Shown: positions 50,301 to 63,245 of the stretch, piece by piece
How positions within the stretch are numbered: position 1 is the stretch's first letter
How the letters are laid out: each line of letters starts with the position of its first letter
From: Eledone cirrhosa
Taxonomy: Eukaryota
Direction of reading: 5' to 3'
NCBI GenBank assembly: GCA_964016885.1
Contig: OZ024742.1
Coordinates: 29,450,001-29,514,000, forward strand
Length of the DNA stretch: 64,000 bases
Notes under the pieces: generated by a model
What the model saw: the letters and a program-made list of their open reading frames with translations, nothing else
What the model was told of the DNA's origin: nothing
The model's database searches: none
Program-made: the position numbers and the translations under genes

Positions 50301-53300
50301 TTTTTTTTAGCTGTGTCTTGATTTCGATGGCATAGATTGGTGTGGCCCGGTTTAGGTTCGTTTTTGTTTAGCTTGATGTGTCTTGATTTCCAATGTTTAG
50401 ATTTGTGTGTCCTGGTTTAGCTTGGTTTTGTGCAGCTTCATGTGTCTTGATTTCTATGGCTTAGATTTTTGTGGCCTGGTTTAGATTGGTGTTGTGCAGC
50501 TTGATGTGTCTTGATTTACTTAGCTTTTATTGGTGTGGCATGGTTTAGCTTATTTTTCTTTTAGCTTGGTTTGTCTTGATTACCATGGCTTAGATTGGTG
50601 TGGCCCGGTTTAGCTTGGTGTTGTGCAGCTTTACGTGTCTTGATATCCATGGCTTTTATTGGTGTGGACTGGTTTAGCTTGGTGTTGTGCAGCTTGATGT
50701 GTCTTGATTTCCATGGCTTAGATTGGTGTGGACTGGTTTAGTTTGGTGTTGTGCAGCTTGATGTGTCTTGATTTCCATGGCTTAGATTGGTGTGGCCCGG
50801 TTTAGCTTGGTGTTGTGCAGCTTGATGTGTCTTGATTTCCATGGCTTAGATTAGTGTGGCCTTGTTTAGCTTGGTTTTGTGAAGCTTGATGTGTCTTGAT
50901 TTTCATATATTTTATTTTTGTGGCGTGGTTTAGCTTGGTTTTGTGCAACTTGATGTGTTTTTATTTCCATGGCTTAGATTGATGTTGACTGGTTAGGCTT
51001 GGTGTTGTGCAGCTTGATGTGTCTTGATTTTTTTAGCTTTCATTGGTGTGGCGTGGTTTAGCTTGGTTTTTTTTTTAGCTGTGTCTTGATTTCGATGGCA
51101 TAGATTGGTGTGGCCCGGTTTAGGTTCGTTTTTGTTTAGCTTGATGTGTCTTGATTTCCAATGTTTAGATTTGTGTGTCCTGGTTTAGCTTGGTTTTGTG
51201 CAGCTTCATGTGTCTTGATTTCTATGGCTTAGATTTTTGTGGCCTGGTTTAGATTGGTGTTGTGCAGCTTGATGTGTTTTGATTTCCATGGCTTAGATTG
51301 GTGTGGCCTGGTTTAGTTTGGTTTTTGTTTTGCTTGGTTTGTCTTGATTTCCATGGCATAAATTTGTGTGGCCTGGTTTAGCTTGGTGTTGTGCAGCTTG
51401 GTGTGTCTTGATTTCCATGGCTTACATTGGTGTGGGCTGCTTTAGCTTTGTGTTGTGCAGCTTGGTGTGTCTTGATTTTCATGGCTTAGATTGGTGTGGC
51501 CTGGTTTAGCTTAGTGTTGTGCAACTTGATGTGTCTTCATTTCCATGGCTTAGATTGGTGTGGCCTGGTTTAGCTTGGTGTTGTGCAGCTTGATGTGTCT
51601 TGATTTACATGGCTTAGATTGGTGTGGCCAGGTTTAGATTGGTGTTGTGCAGCTTGATGTGTCTTGATTTACATGGCTTGGATTGGTGTGGCCAGGTTTA
51701 GATTGGTGTTGTGCAGCTTGATGTGTCTTGATTTACATGGCTTAGATTGGTGTGGCCAGGTTTAGATTGGTTTTGTGCAGCTTGATGTGTCTTGATTTAC
51801 ATGGCTTAGATTGGTGTGGCCTGGTTTAGCTTGGTTTTGTGCAGATTGATGTGTCTTGATTTCCATTGCTTAGAATGTTGTCGCCTGGTTTAGCTTGGTT
51901 TTGTGCAGATTGATGTGTGTTGATTTCCATGGCTTAGATTGGTGTGGTCTGGTTTAGCTTGGTGTTGTGCAGCTTGATATGTCTTGATTTCTATGGCTTA
52001 GATTGATGTGGGCTGGTTTATCTTGGTTTTTGTTTATCTTGGTTTGTCTTGATTTCCATGGCTTAGTTTGGTGTGGCCTGGTTTAGCGTGGTGTTGTGCT
52101 GCTTGATGTGTCTTAATTTCCATGGCTTAGATTGGTGTGGTCTGGTTTAGCTTGGTTTTGTGCAGCTTGATGTGTCTTAATTTCCATGGCTTAGATTGGT
52201 GTGGCCTGGTTTAGCTTGGTGTTGTGTAGTTTGATGTGTCTTGATTTGCATGGCTTTTAATGGTGTGGGCTGGTTTAGCTTGGTTTTGTGCAGCTTGATG
52301 TGTCTTAATTTCCATGGCTTAGATTGGTGTGGTCTGGTTTAGCTTGGTTTTGTGCAGCTTGATGTGTCTTAATTTCCATGGCTTAGATTGGTGTGGTCTG
52401 GTTTAGCTTGGTTTTGTGCAGCTTGATGTGTCTTAATTTCTAGGGCTTAGATTGGTGTGGTCTGGTTTAGCTTGGTTTTGTGCAGCTTGATGTGTCTTAA
52501 TTTCCATGGCTTAGATTGGTGTGGTCTGGTTTAGCTTGGTTTTGTGCAGCTTGATGTGTCTTAATTTCCATGGCTTAGATTGGTGTGGTCTGGTTTAGCT
52601 TGGTGTTGTACAGCTTGATGTGTCTTGATTTCCATGACTTAGATTGGAGTGGTCTGGTCTAGCTAGGTGTCGTGCAGCTTGATGTGTCTTAATTTCCATG
52701 GCTTAGATTGGTGTGGTCTGGTTTAGCTTGGTTTTGTGCAGCTTGATGTGTCTTAATTTCTAGGGCTTAGATTGGTGTGGTCTGGTTTAGCTTGGTTTTG
52801 TGCAGCTTGATGTGTCTTTATTTGCATGGCTTAGATTGATGTGGGCTGGTTTATCTTGGTTTTTGTTTATCTTGGTTTGTCTTGATTTCCATGGCTTAGA
52901 TTGGTGTGGCCTGGTTTAGCTTGGTTTTGTGCAGCTTGATGTGTCTTAATTTCCATGGCTTAGATTGGTGTGGCCTGGTTTAGCTTGGTGTTGTGCAACT
53001 TAATGTGTCTTGATTTCAATGGCTTAGATTTGTGTGGCCTGGTTTAGCTTGGTTTTGGGGAGATTGATGTGTGTTGATTTCCATGGCTTAGATTGGTGTG
53101 GCCTGGTTTAGCTTGGTGTTCTGCAGCTTGGTTTGTCTTGATTTGCATGGCTTAGATTGGTGTGGCCTGGATTTAGTTTAGTGTTGTGAAGCTTGATGTG
53201 TCTTGATTTTCATGGCTTAGATTGGTGTGGTCTGGTTTAGCTTGGTGTTGTGCAGCTTGATGTGTCTTGATTTCCATGGCTTAGATTGATGTGGGCTGGT

Positions 53301-55817
53301 TTATCTTGGTTTTTGTTTATCTTGGTTTGTCTTGATTTCCATGGCTTAGATTGGTGTGGCCTGGTTTAGCTTGGTGTTGTGCAGCTTGGTGTGTCTTGAT
53401 TTCCATGGCTTAGATTGGTGTGGGCTGCTTTAGCTTTGTGTTGTGCAGCTTGGTGTGTCTTGATTTTCATGGCTTAGATTGGTGTGGCCTGGTTTAGCTT
53501 AGTGTTTGTGCAGCTTGATGTGTCTTCATTTCCATGGCTTAGATTGGTGTGGCATGGTTTAGCTTGGTGTTGTGCAGCTTGATGTGTCTTGATTTACATG
53601 GCTTAGATTGGTGTGGCCAGGTTTAGATTGGTGTTGTGCAGCTTGATGTGTCTTGATTTACATGGCTTAGATTGGTGTGGCCAGGTTTAGATTGGTGTTG
53701 TGCAGCTTGATGTGTCTTGATTTACATGGCTTAGATTGGTGTGGCCTGGTTTATCTTGGTTTTCGTATAGCTTGGTTTGTCTTGATTTCCATGACTTAGT
53801 TTGGTGTGGCCTGATTTAGCTTGGTTTTGTGCAGCTTGATGTGTCTTGATTTCCATGGCTTAGGTTGATGTGGGCTGGTTTATCTTGGTTTTTGTTTATC
53901 TTGATTTGTCTTGATTTCCATGGCTTAGTTTGTTGTGGCCTGGTTTAGCTTGGTGTTGTGCAGCTTGGTGTGTCTTGATTTCCATGGCTTAGATTGGTGT
54001 GGCCTGGTTTAGTTTAGTGTTGTGCTGCTTGATGTGTCTTGATTTACATGTTTTAGGTTGATGTGGGCTGCTTTAGCTTTGTGTCGTGCAGCTTGATGTT
54101 TCTTGATTCTATGGCTTAGATTAGTGTTGCCTGGTTTAGCTTGGTGTTGTGCAGCTTGATGTGTCTTGATTTCCATGGCTTAGATTGGTGTGGCCTGGTT
54201 TAGCTTGGTGTTGTGCAGCTTGATGTGTCTTGATTTCCATGGCTTAGATTGGTGTGGCCTGGTTTAGCTTGGTGTTGTACAGCTTGATGTGTCTTGATTT
54301 TCTTCGCTTTCATTTGTGTGGCGTGGTTTAGCTTGGTTTTGTTTTATCTTGGTTTGTCTTGATTTCCATGGCTTAGATTGGTGTGGCCTGGTTTAGCTTG
54401 GTGTTGTGCTGCTTGGTGTGTCTTGATTTCCATGGCTTAGATTGGTGTGGCCTAGTTTAGCTTGGTGTTGTGCAGCTTGATGTGTCTTGATTTCCATGGG
54501 TTAGACTGGTGTGGCCTGGTTAACCTTGGTGTTGTGCAGCTTGGTGTGTCTTGATTTCCATGGCTTAGATTGTGGTGGCCTGGTTTAGCTTGGTGTTGTG
54601 CTGCTTTGTGTGTATTGATTTCCATGGCTTAGATTAGTGTGGCCTGGTTTAGCTTGGTGTGGTGCTGCTTGGTGTGTATTGATTTCCATGGCTTAGATTG
54701 GTGTGGCCTTGTTTAGCTTGGTGTTGTGCTGCTTGGTGTGTCTTGATTTCCATGGCTTAGATTGGTGTGGCCTGGTTTAGGTTTGTTTTGTGCAACTTGA
54801 TGTGTCTTGATTTCCATAGATTAGATTGGTGTGGCCTGGTTTATCTTGGTTTTTGTTTAGCTTGGTTTGTCTTGATTTTCATGGCTTAGATTGGTGTGGC
54901 CTGGTTTAGCTTGGTTTTGTGCAACTCAATGTGTCTTGATTTCCATGGCTTCGATTGGTGTGGCCTGGTTTAGCTTGGTGTTGTGCAGCTTGGTGTGTCT
55001 TGATTTCCATGGCTTAGATTGGTTTAGTTTGGTTTATCTTGGTTTTTGCTTAGCTTGGTTTGTCTTGATTTCCATGGCTTAGATTGGTGTCGCCTGGTTT
55101 AGCTTAGTGTTGTGCTGCTTGATGTGTCTTGATTTCCATGGCTTAGATTGGTGTGGCCTGGTTTAGCTTAGTGTTGTGCTGCTTGATGTGTCTTGCTTTC
55201 CATGGCTTTGATTGGTGTGGCCTGGTTTAGCTTAGTGTTGTGCTGCTTGATGTGTCTTGATTTCCATGGCTTAGATTGGTTTAGTTTGGTTTATCTTGGT
55301 TTTTGCTTAGCTTGGTTTGTCTTGATTTCCATGGCTTAGATTGGTGTGGCCTGGTTTAGCTTAGTGTTGTGCTGCTTGATGTGTCTTGATTTCCATGGCT
55401 TAGATTGGTGTGGCCTGGTTTAGACTGGTGTTGTGCAGCTTGATGTGTCTTTATTTCCATGGCTTAGGTTAGTGTGGCCTCGTTTAGCTTGGTGTTTTGC
55501 AGCTTGATGTGTCTTGATTTCCATGGCTTAGTTTAGTGTGGCCTCGTTTAGCTTGATGTTTTGCAGCTTGATGTGTCTTGATTTCCATGGCTTAGATTGG
55601 TGTGACCTGGTTTAGATTGGTGTTGTGCAGCTTGATGTGTCTTGATTTCCATGGCTTAGATTGGTGTGGCCTGGTCTAGCTTGGTGTTGTGCAGCTTGAT
55701 GTGTCTTTATTTCCATGGCTTAGATTAGTGTGGCCTGGTTTAGCTTGGTGTTTTGCAGCTTGATGTGTCTTGATTTCCATGGCTTAGATTGGTGTGGCCT
55801 GGTTTACTTTGGTTTAG
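38400..55817. repeat. 64 bp satellite array, ~270 copies
   Basis: Consensus ATGGCTTAGATTGGTGTGGCCTGGTTTAGCTTGGTGTTGTGCAGCTTGATGTGTCTTGATTTCC; successive ccat end at 39100 and 39164. Confidence 0.98.
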
Positions 55818-56209
55818 ATAGATTTCGCTTCATTAATTACATTTTACAAACACTCTCTCTTCGCTAATTCCTAACAAATACCTTTATTACTTAGTCCAGA
55901 TTCCATCGTTTAGATTCCGTTCACTGTATGATTTTCTTCGGTGTGACTTAGCTTTGCTGGTAATTTCCAGATTAAACCAGTCTTATTTAGAAATGCCGCA
56001 TAAAAGATTTCTGAAATGTAATTTAAATTGATAATATTAATAACGTGACTAATACAACCTAATTTTGTATTCTACTATCCTATAAATATAGGTCATTATC
56101 ATCATTGAAAATAAATGTAGATACGTCTAAATCCAGGTAAGTGATTTTTCTTATGTTCTTCCAGTTTGAGAAAATTTTAATTTTAAATTTAAATTCTTCA
56201 GTCATTTTT

Positions 56210-56490
56210 TAAGGATTAAATTGTCATTGTCAAATTGATTAAATTGTCATTTTCTAATTAAAATTGCAATTTCGGGAGATTAAAATTACATTTTTTTTTA
56301 ATTGATTAAATTTCTCATTAAGCGATCGATCAAAATGTCATTACTCGATTGATTAAATTGTCATTATATAATTAGATTGTATTTACTATTGATTAAATTG
56401 TCATTATATAATTGATTAAATTGTCATTATATAATTGATTAAATTGTCATTATATAATTGATTAAATTGTAATTATATAATTGATCAAAA
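56210..56490. repeat. AT-rich 23 bp minisatellite (attgattaaattgtcattatata)
   Basis: Units start at 56411, 56434 and 56457; degenerate copies upstream. Confidence 0.9.
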
Positions 56491-56644
56491 TTTTATCTTT
56501 CAAAAATTAAAGGGCAAACCTGGAGATTGAACCCACAATCATCTGACCAGTGTTTACCTTGAGATTTTTATATATTTATATATTTATTTTAATTTTATTT
56601 ATTTGTTCTTTTAACGTTTAGCTAGATAGATTCAGCGACGAAGG

Positions 56645-56910
56645 CGTGGGGTCTAGTGGTAAGGGTGTTGGACCTACTATAATAAAGTCGGGGGTTCGAT
56701 TCCTAGGCTGGGTTGTGTGTGGTTTTCTTGAGCAAAACACTTCATTTCACATTGCTGCAGTATACTCAGCTGAAAATGTGTACCAGCAATATCTGCGGGA
56801 TTAACTCTGCAATTGACTGGCGTCCTGTCCGGGGGTGAGCCGTGTGCTCTCAGTCGCTCTCGCCGGGATAAGCACAGGTCTAACGAACCTCCTGGCTTCA
56901 GACTGAAATA
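56645..56910 (+). mobile_element. tRNA-headed CORE-like SINE
   Basis: ggtctagtggtaagg A-box, ggttcgattcc B-box, cttgagcaaaacactt...ctcagctgaaaatgtgtaccagc. Confidence 0.85.
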
Positions 56911-57373
56911 ATGTCAGCAATAGGAAGACCAATGGAAACATTATTTCCTTGGTCCGATTTGACGAGTTCCACCTCAATCGATTAACGAATGAAGTCCTGG
57001 ATATTGGTGATCGAACTCTATACTATGCTATAGGTTTTCGAACCAATTTATATGAGACTCAAAGATAACTGACAGAATTACCTAATAGAACTATCTTCTT
57101 AAATGGTGAGACGTTGTATCAGTATTGAGTTGTGTTGAGGTCCGTGTGATAATGTATCCTCCGTCGGTTTCGACGACGAGCATTCAGCTGCTCTGTAATG
57201 TTAACGACCTGTTTTAGACACGTGAATCATTAACATATGTATGTATATTATGTATATACACACACAGACACACACACATATATGTGTATATATATATATA
57301 TATATATACATATATACATATATATATACATATACATGAACATATTTATATATAAAAAATATATGTATATATG

Positions 57374-57429
<56 letters not shown>

Positions 57430-57652
57430 TATATATAAACATATACACACACATACACATACACACTCACACACATACATATATATATGTATGTATACCT
57501 ATGGATATATATATTTAGTTATTTATATATATATATGAGTATATGTGTGCGTGTTTGTAAATATGCACTTGTGTATGTATCTATATATTTCTTTGTGTAT
57601 ATATACACACAGATACACACACACATGCAGGCACACACACACACGCGCGCGC

Positions 57653-57702
<50 letters not shown>

Positions 57703-57930
57703 CTGTGTGTCTGCATGTGTGTGTATCTGTGTATATATATATATACATAAATATTGTCTGCCTTGTCATATACATTGTATTCTCTTAATATAACCTAACT
57801 TAGTCCACCCACACTATAGCTGCAACGAAATTATCAAAATTAAAATTCAATTATCGTAAACTTCAATTTGAAATATTTCTTCTTAAATTCAATCTAAACT
57901 GTACTTTTTTAACTTTATCTGTCTCTCACC

Positions 57931-57990
<60 letters not shown>

Positions 57991-57999
<9 letters not shown>

Positions 58000-58100
58000 C
58001 CTGTCTCTCTTTCTTTATCTATCTTTCTCTGACTGCCTATGCCCCTCGAGTGTCTCTCAATATATATATATCTGTGTGTGTATGTGTGTGTGTCTATATA

Positions 58101-58164
<64 letters not shown>

Positions 58165-58320
58165 TTTATAAAATATATGTATATATATATATATATATAC
58201 ATATATATATAGACACACACACATACACACACAGATATATATATATTGAGAGACACTCGAGGGGCATAGGCAGTCAGAGAAAGATAGATAAAGAAAGAGA
58301 GACAGGTATATAGAGAGAGA
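57991..58320. repeat. Near-perfect palindrome centred on a (TA)n tract
   Basis: ctctgactgcctatgcccctcgagtgtctctcaat / attgagagacactcgaggggcataggcagtcagag. Confidence 0.95.
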
Positions 58321-58665
58321 GAAATAGAGAGTTGAGCTCTGCTGAGGATCGAATTCCAACCGTGACCATCTCCACTGAAAATGTTCGTGAAATAGTCTTT
58401 TAAGACTATACAGAGCATTTGAAGTTTTTCCAAATTGAAGGATGAGTATTTTAAACTTTATTTTATCATGAGTTAAGGCTCTATTGATTTTTCCCTGGAT
58501 TTCACTAAATTCTGTCGATGAATCTATATCCTGATTCTCTTTGAGATGAGTTTGAAAAATTTTTCCCACATCTTACGTTAACTATTTTTCCCATTTTGAC
58601 GATATAGTCACTTATATATTATGGAATACTGTTGGCTTTTCGCTACAATTATTTATATACCTTTC

Positions 58666-58732
<67 letters not shown>

Positions 58733-58747
58733 TGTATATGCATACAT

Positions 58748-58805
<58 letters not shown>

Positions 58806-58809
<4 letters not shown>

Positions 58810-58990
58810 GTTTCTACTTTTGGCACAAGGCCAGCAATTACGCAGTACATTACTGGTACTTTATTTTATCGACCCCGTAAGGATGAAAGGCAAAGTTAAC
58901 CTCGGCGGGATTTGAACACAGATCATAAAGGGACGCATCTCTATGCTTCAAAGCATGGTTTCCGACTCTCTACCAATACTGCCAATCCAC
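58806..58990 (-). mobile_element. SINE family B, full length
   Basis: Reverse complement of the 61118-61310 type. Confidence 0.9.
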
Positions 58991-59218
58991 CGATATATAT
59001 AACGGAGGAAAAGTGGTAAGGAACCAGATGGACCATAACGCACCAAAGTACTCAATACTTAGGGCAGTAGAGTGGGTAATAGGAACGAGTAGGACCCCAC
59101 TCGTTCCTATATATATATATATATGAAAAATATGGGGGAGAAGAATACTGCATATATATATATGTATATGTATATACATATATATATATATATACATACA
59201 TATACACATATATATGTC

Positions 59219-59328
<110 letters not shown>

Positions 59329-59691
59329 AGCGTGTCTGTCTGTTTGTCACCGTGTCTGTCTGTCTCTCTGCGTGTTTCTGTGAATATATTGATAAATGTT
59401 TCATAATGCAATGAAAATTCCATGTTAATATATTTTTAGAAGTGTTTTGTACGAGGAAAATAATTCGAGTATATATACATCGAAACAGCGTTTATGTCCT
59501 CTATATATATCATATATATATCTTATATATATATATATATGTGTATATATATTTTTAAAATGTCTTCTCCCTATATTACATATATATAAAAGATATATAT
59601 AAATACATATATATTGTTTTATATATATGTATATACATAAAGAGAGAGAGACAGGGAAAGGGAGAAAGAGAGGCGTAGAAGGAGAGAAATG

Positions 59692-59755
<64 letters not shown>

Positions 59756-60546
59756 GTATATATATATATATACATATATATCATAATAGTATATTGTATT
59801 ATATTACATTATATCGCATTATATTATATTATAGTAGATAAATATGTCTACTTTTTCATGATTTTTAAGTTTATATTCAATTGTTATTTTCAGATCAAAA
59901 AATTGATTCACGTGAAGTTTTCTCTCTAATGGCTGCCGTTTTGATTTTTTCCCGCTTGCTATCGAAGGTATTATATTGTTAGTATCTTTTTGAGGCTACA
60001 CTTGATAAGATATCGCTAGATTAGGATATAAGGCAATATCTCATCTCGTGACCATAAATGCCATGACAAATATATAGAGAAAAACTGAACCCATATTTCT
60101 TCCCGCCTTAATATTCTATTGAATATAATAATATATAAGTATATATATATATATATATATACCATCAAATAGTTCGGCAAAATTATATTTTAGTGTATAT
60201 TACAGAGTAATGACCTTTTTCCCAACTCATGGAATAGAATGGTCATTTATAAGCACCATGTAACGGTTATTGAATCCTTTACCCAGAGATGTATTTCTGT
60301 TCGTTTTCACAGCCTCCAGACAGACATTTTGAAGGACACCAACCTCTTAAACATTAAGTAGCGAAATTTAATAACTCGATGCAAGATAGTGGATTACACA
60401 ATAATTCAGATTTCGTTGGTGGTTACCTAACTTTATTGAAACATGTGTTAGACACTCTACTGTATAAACAATGTTTGTTTGAACTTCAACAAATGTTGCC
60501 TAGTTTGTCCTGATAACTTCCCCAAAAATCGAAACCAGCCACCTAT

Positions 60547-60736
60547 AATAATTGTTTCTACTTTTGGCACAAGGCCAGCAATTTTCCCAGTGTACCACTG
60601 ACACTTTATTTTATCGACCCCGTAAGGATGGAAGGCAAAGTTAACCTCGACGGGATTTGAACTCAGACCATAAAGGGCTGTAACTCTTTGCTGCAAAGCA
60701 TGGCGTCCGACTCTCTACCGATACTGCCAATCCACC
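60547..60736 (-). mobile_element. SINE family B, full length
   Basis: Reverse complement of the 61118-61310 type. Confidence 0.9.
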
Positions 60737-61117
60737 TAAATACTTAAAGATAGATAAAAGAACGGTAAGGTTAGGCATGCGCAGTGCTTATATTATTTGA
60801 AGGATAAAAAAGACTTTAATGATATATCTAATTGTAGATTGATAAACCTCTCTAGAACTGAGATATGATTAGCTGGTAAGCAGATACTAAGAGATATAAA
60901 TAAGCCTACTAATAGTAGGCCAACTTAATACACCGGAGTAATACTTCTTTAGTAATACCATGGTTCAATAATATTCCCGATAAAAACAAAGCTAAGTTCA
61001 CACAACTTGATATCATGGAATTGTAACCTTGTATTAATCCTTCACTATTAGATAGAACTTTAGACTTTGCCCGCAGCTTCGACCCGATTACTGACCATGA
61101 AATAGATGTAATTATGA

Positions 61118-61310
61118 GGGCGGTGGCTTGGCAGCATCGGTAGAGGGTCAGACGCCATTCTTTGACGCATAGAGTTACGGCCCTTTCAATTCTGAGTTCA
61201 AATCCCGCCGAGGTTAACTTTGCCTTTCATCCTTACGGGGTCGATAAAATAAAGTACCAGTAATGCACTGGGTAATTGCTGGCCTTGTGCCAAAAGTAGC
61301 AACAATTATT
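61118..61310 (+). mobile_element. SINE family B, full length
   Basis: tggcagcatcggtag A-box-like, gagttcaaatccc B-box, (att)n tail. Confidence 0.9.
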
Positions 61311-61583
61311 TATAAACACTAACACTAGTTGTAGGATCTCCAATTTATCTTCCTCTAAAGAAATATTTAATTAAGTCGCCCAAAATTAAGTGCTGAAGAA
61401 GGTTTGTTCATCTTTCGTGTTCCTCTCATTTTTTCAATAATGTTACTTTGATGGATCAAAGAAGAAAAAAAGAAAAGCAGATTCTTTAAAAATATTTTCC
61501 GTGCTATTTTCTATTCCACTTTCTCTCTCTCTCTCACCCTCTCTATCTCTCTATCTCCATATATATATATATATATATATATA

Positions 61584-62010
61584 TAAGCAAAGAGTTATTT
61601 AATTTGTTGGTTATTCAAAAAATTTATTTATAACAGATTCGAAGCACTCAACAGCTTTCTTCTGGAGTATAATATTAATAATATTAATAAATGGAAACTA
61701 TCTTTATAAAACCATATTTATTTTATTATATATATTTCAAGGGTACCAAAATCTTTTGGTACGCTCTCATCAGATAAAATACAAAAGTTGTTTTATAGAT
61801 AGTGAGATATTCAAGAACAAGAACTTATCGACAGAACTTATCAAACAGAACTTAAAACGATAAGTTCTAGTTTGAATATGTCACTATCTATAAAACAACT
61901 TTTGTATTTTATCTGATGAGAGCGTACCAAAAAATGTTGGTACCCTTGAAATATATATAATAAAATAAATATGGTTTTATAAAGATAGTTTCCATTTATT
62001 TATATTATTG
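61584..62010. mobile_element. Fold-back family A copy with a canonical hammerhead in each arm, flanked by (TA)n
   Basis: Arms ~61686-61830 and ~61858-62000; tail 61584-61672 in minus orientation; short acagaactta repeats at the centre. Confidence 0.8.
61905..61967 (+). ncRNA. Type I hammerhead ribozyme (mirror copy on minus strand at 61719-61781)
   Basis: Stem I TATTTTAT/ATAAAATA (8 bp), CTGATGA 61913-61919, stem II GAG.GTACCAA/TTGGTAC.CTT, GAAA 61948-61951, TATATA, UH=TA 61958-61959. Confidence 0.85.
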
Positions 62011-62058
62011 ATATATATATGTATATGTATATATATACAGTCACATGCATATATATAT

Positions 62059-62122
<64 letters not shown>

Positions 62123-62362
62123 GTGTGTTTGAGTGCAAGTAGACAAAGAAAGCATTCAGTGTAGAAGCCGTTTACTAAGAGTTCATGCTCCAATTCACAT
62201 GATTCCCAGTACAAATGGATTTAAATGTATTTCCATTTCACTACACAAATCATGTGATCACATTCTGTGGTGATTGGGGCTTGAGCCGAGATTATCTATA
62301 ATCTTCGAAACCTACATCTGTATATAGAGAGATGTGTATGTGTTTATATGTATGTGTGTATA

Positions 62363-62392
<30 letters not shown>

Positions 62393-62394
<2 letters not shown>

Positions 62395-62464
62395 CACATA
62401 ATCGAGCTTATAAATGGCTGATAAAGAAACTTATTAAAAATACGACATTTCATGTGAGACAACC

Positions 62465-62468
<4 letters not shown>
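62393..62468 (-). mobile_element. Isolated inverted copy of the mariner 5' terminus
   Basis: Reverse complement of 63246-63319 with a 3 bp indel. Confidence 0.9.
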
Positions 62469-62544
<76 letters not shown>

Positions 62545-63245
62545 CATATATACATACATATATACATATATATATATATTTAATACAATAACAGAGATAG
62601 TTTAAAGCTAAACTCCGACTGGTAACCATCTCACTCAACAAACATTAGGTTATATGTTAGTATAAACCCAATTTAAGTGTTTGGGGTGCTAACTATATGT
62701 ATTTTGTGGAAAGTCAGTTGTATTATTTTATGAGATATAATTAAAGTCAAAATATATCTCTCTTTCCAAACAATTGTTTCATTATAAGTTTTCTACAAAT
62801 TGGGAGAATGTTTCCAGTTTATGTAGAAGCCTAACATATATTCATGTAAGAATATATTTAGGTGGACACTTATAAATCTTCAGTGGAAGCCCATTAAACT
62901 TTGATATAAGAAAAAATTCTTACCGCAGTTAAAAATCGTGTCTGCTAAGCTGCTCCTTCACGCATCGAATGACCGCCAAATTTGAAATTCCAGCAGTCTT
63001 TTGACTGAGGAAGTATCATAGCGTCACTAAGCGGGAAAGGGAGACAACCACGATTCACGAGAAAAGAAAATAATAAACACGCGGGTTAATTAATTTTTTC
63101 AAAAACATTATCAATCCAACGTGTTAAGAACTCAATTGAAATTAAAAAAATAAATGTATGCGTGTATTAATTACACACGCATATAGACATTTTCTTAGGC
63201 TAAAAACAGAAGTGATACCCCAATATATATATATATATATATATA

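Noticed and set aside
56645-56715. tRNA gene
   Set aside because: No proper acceptor or anticodon stems; continues into a SINE body
58400-58630. Possible decayed GIY-YIG endonuclease on the minus strand (IIYK...KIFQTHLKE...STEFS...IKFKIL)
   Set aside because: Motif resemblance is weak and needs frameshifts; a profile search (tblastn/HMM) is required
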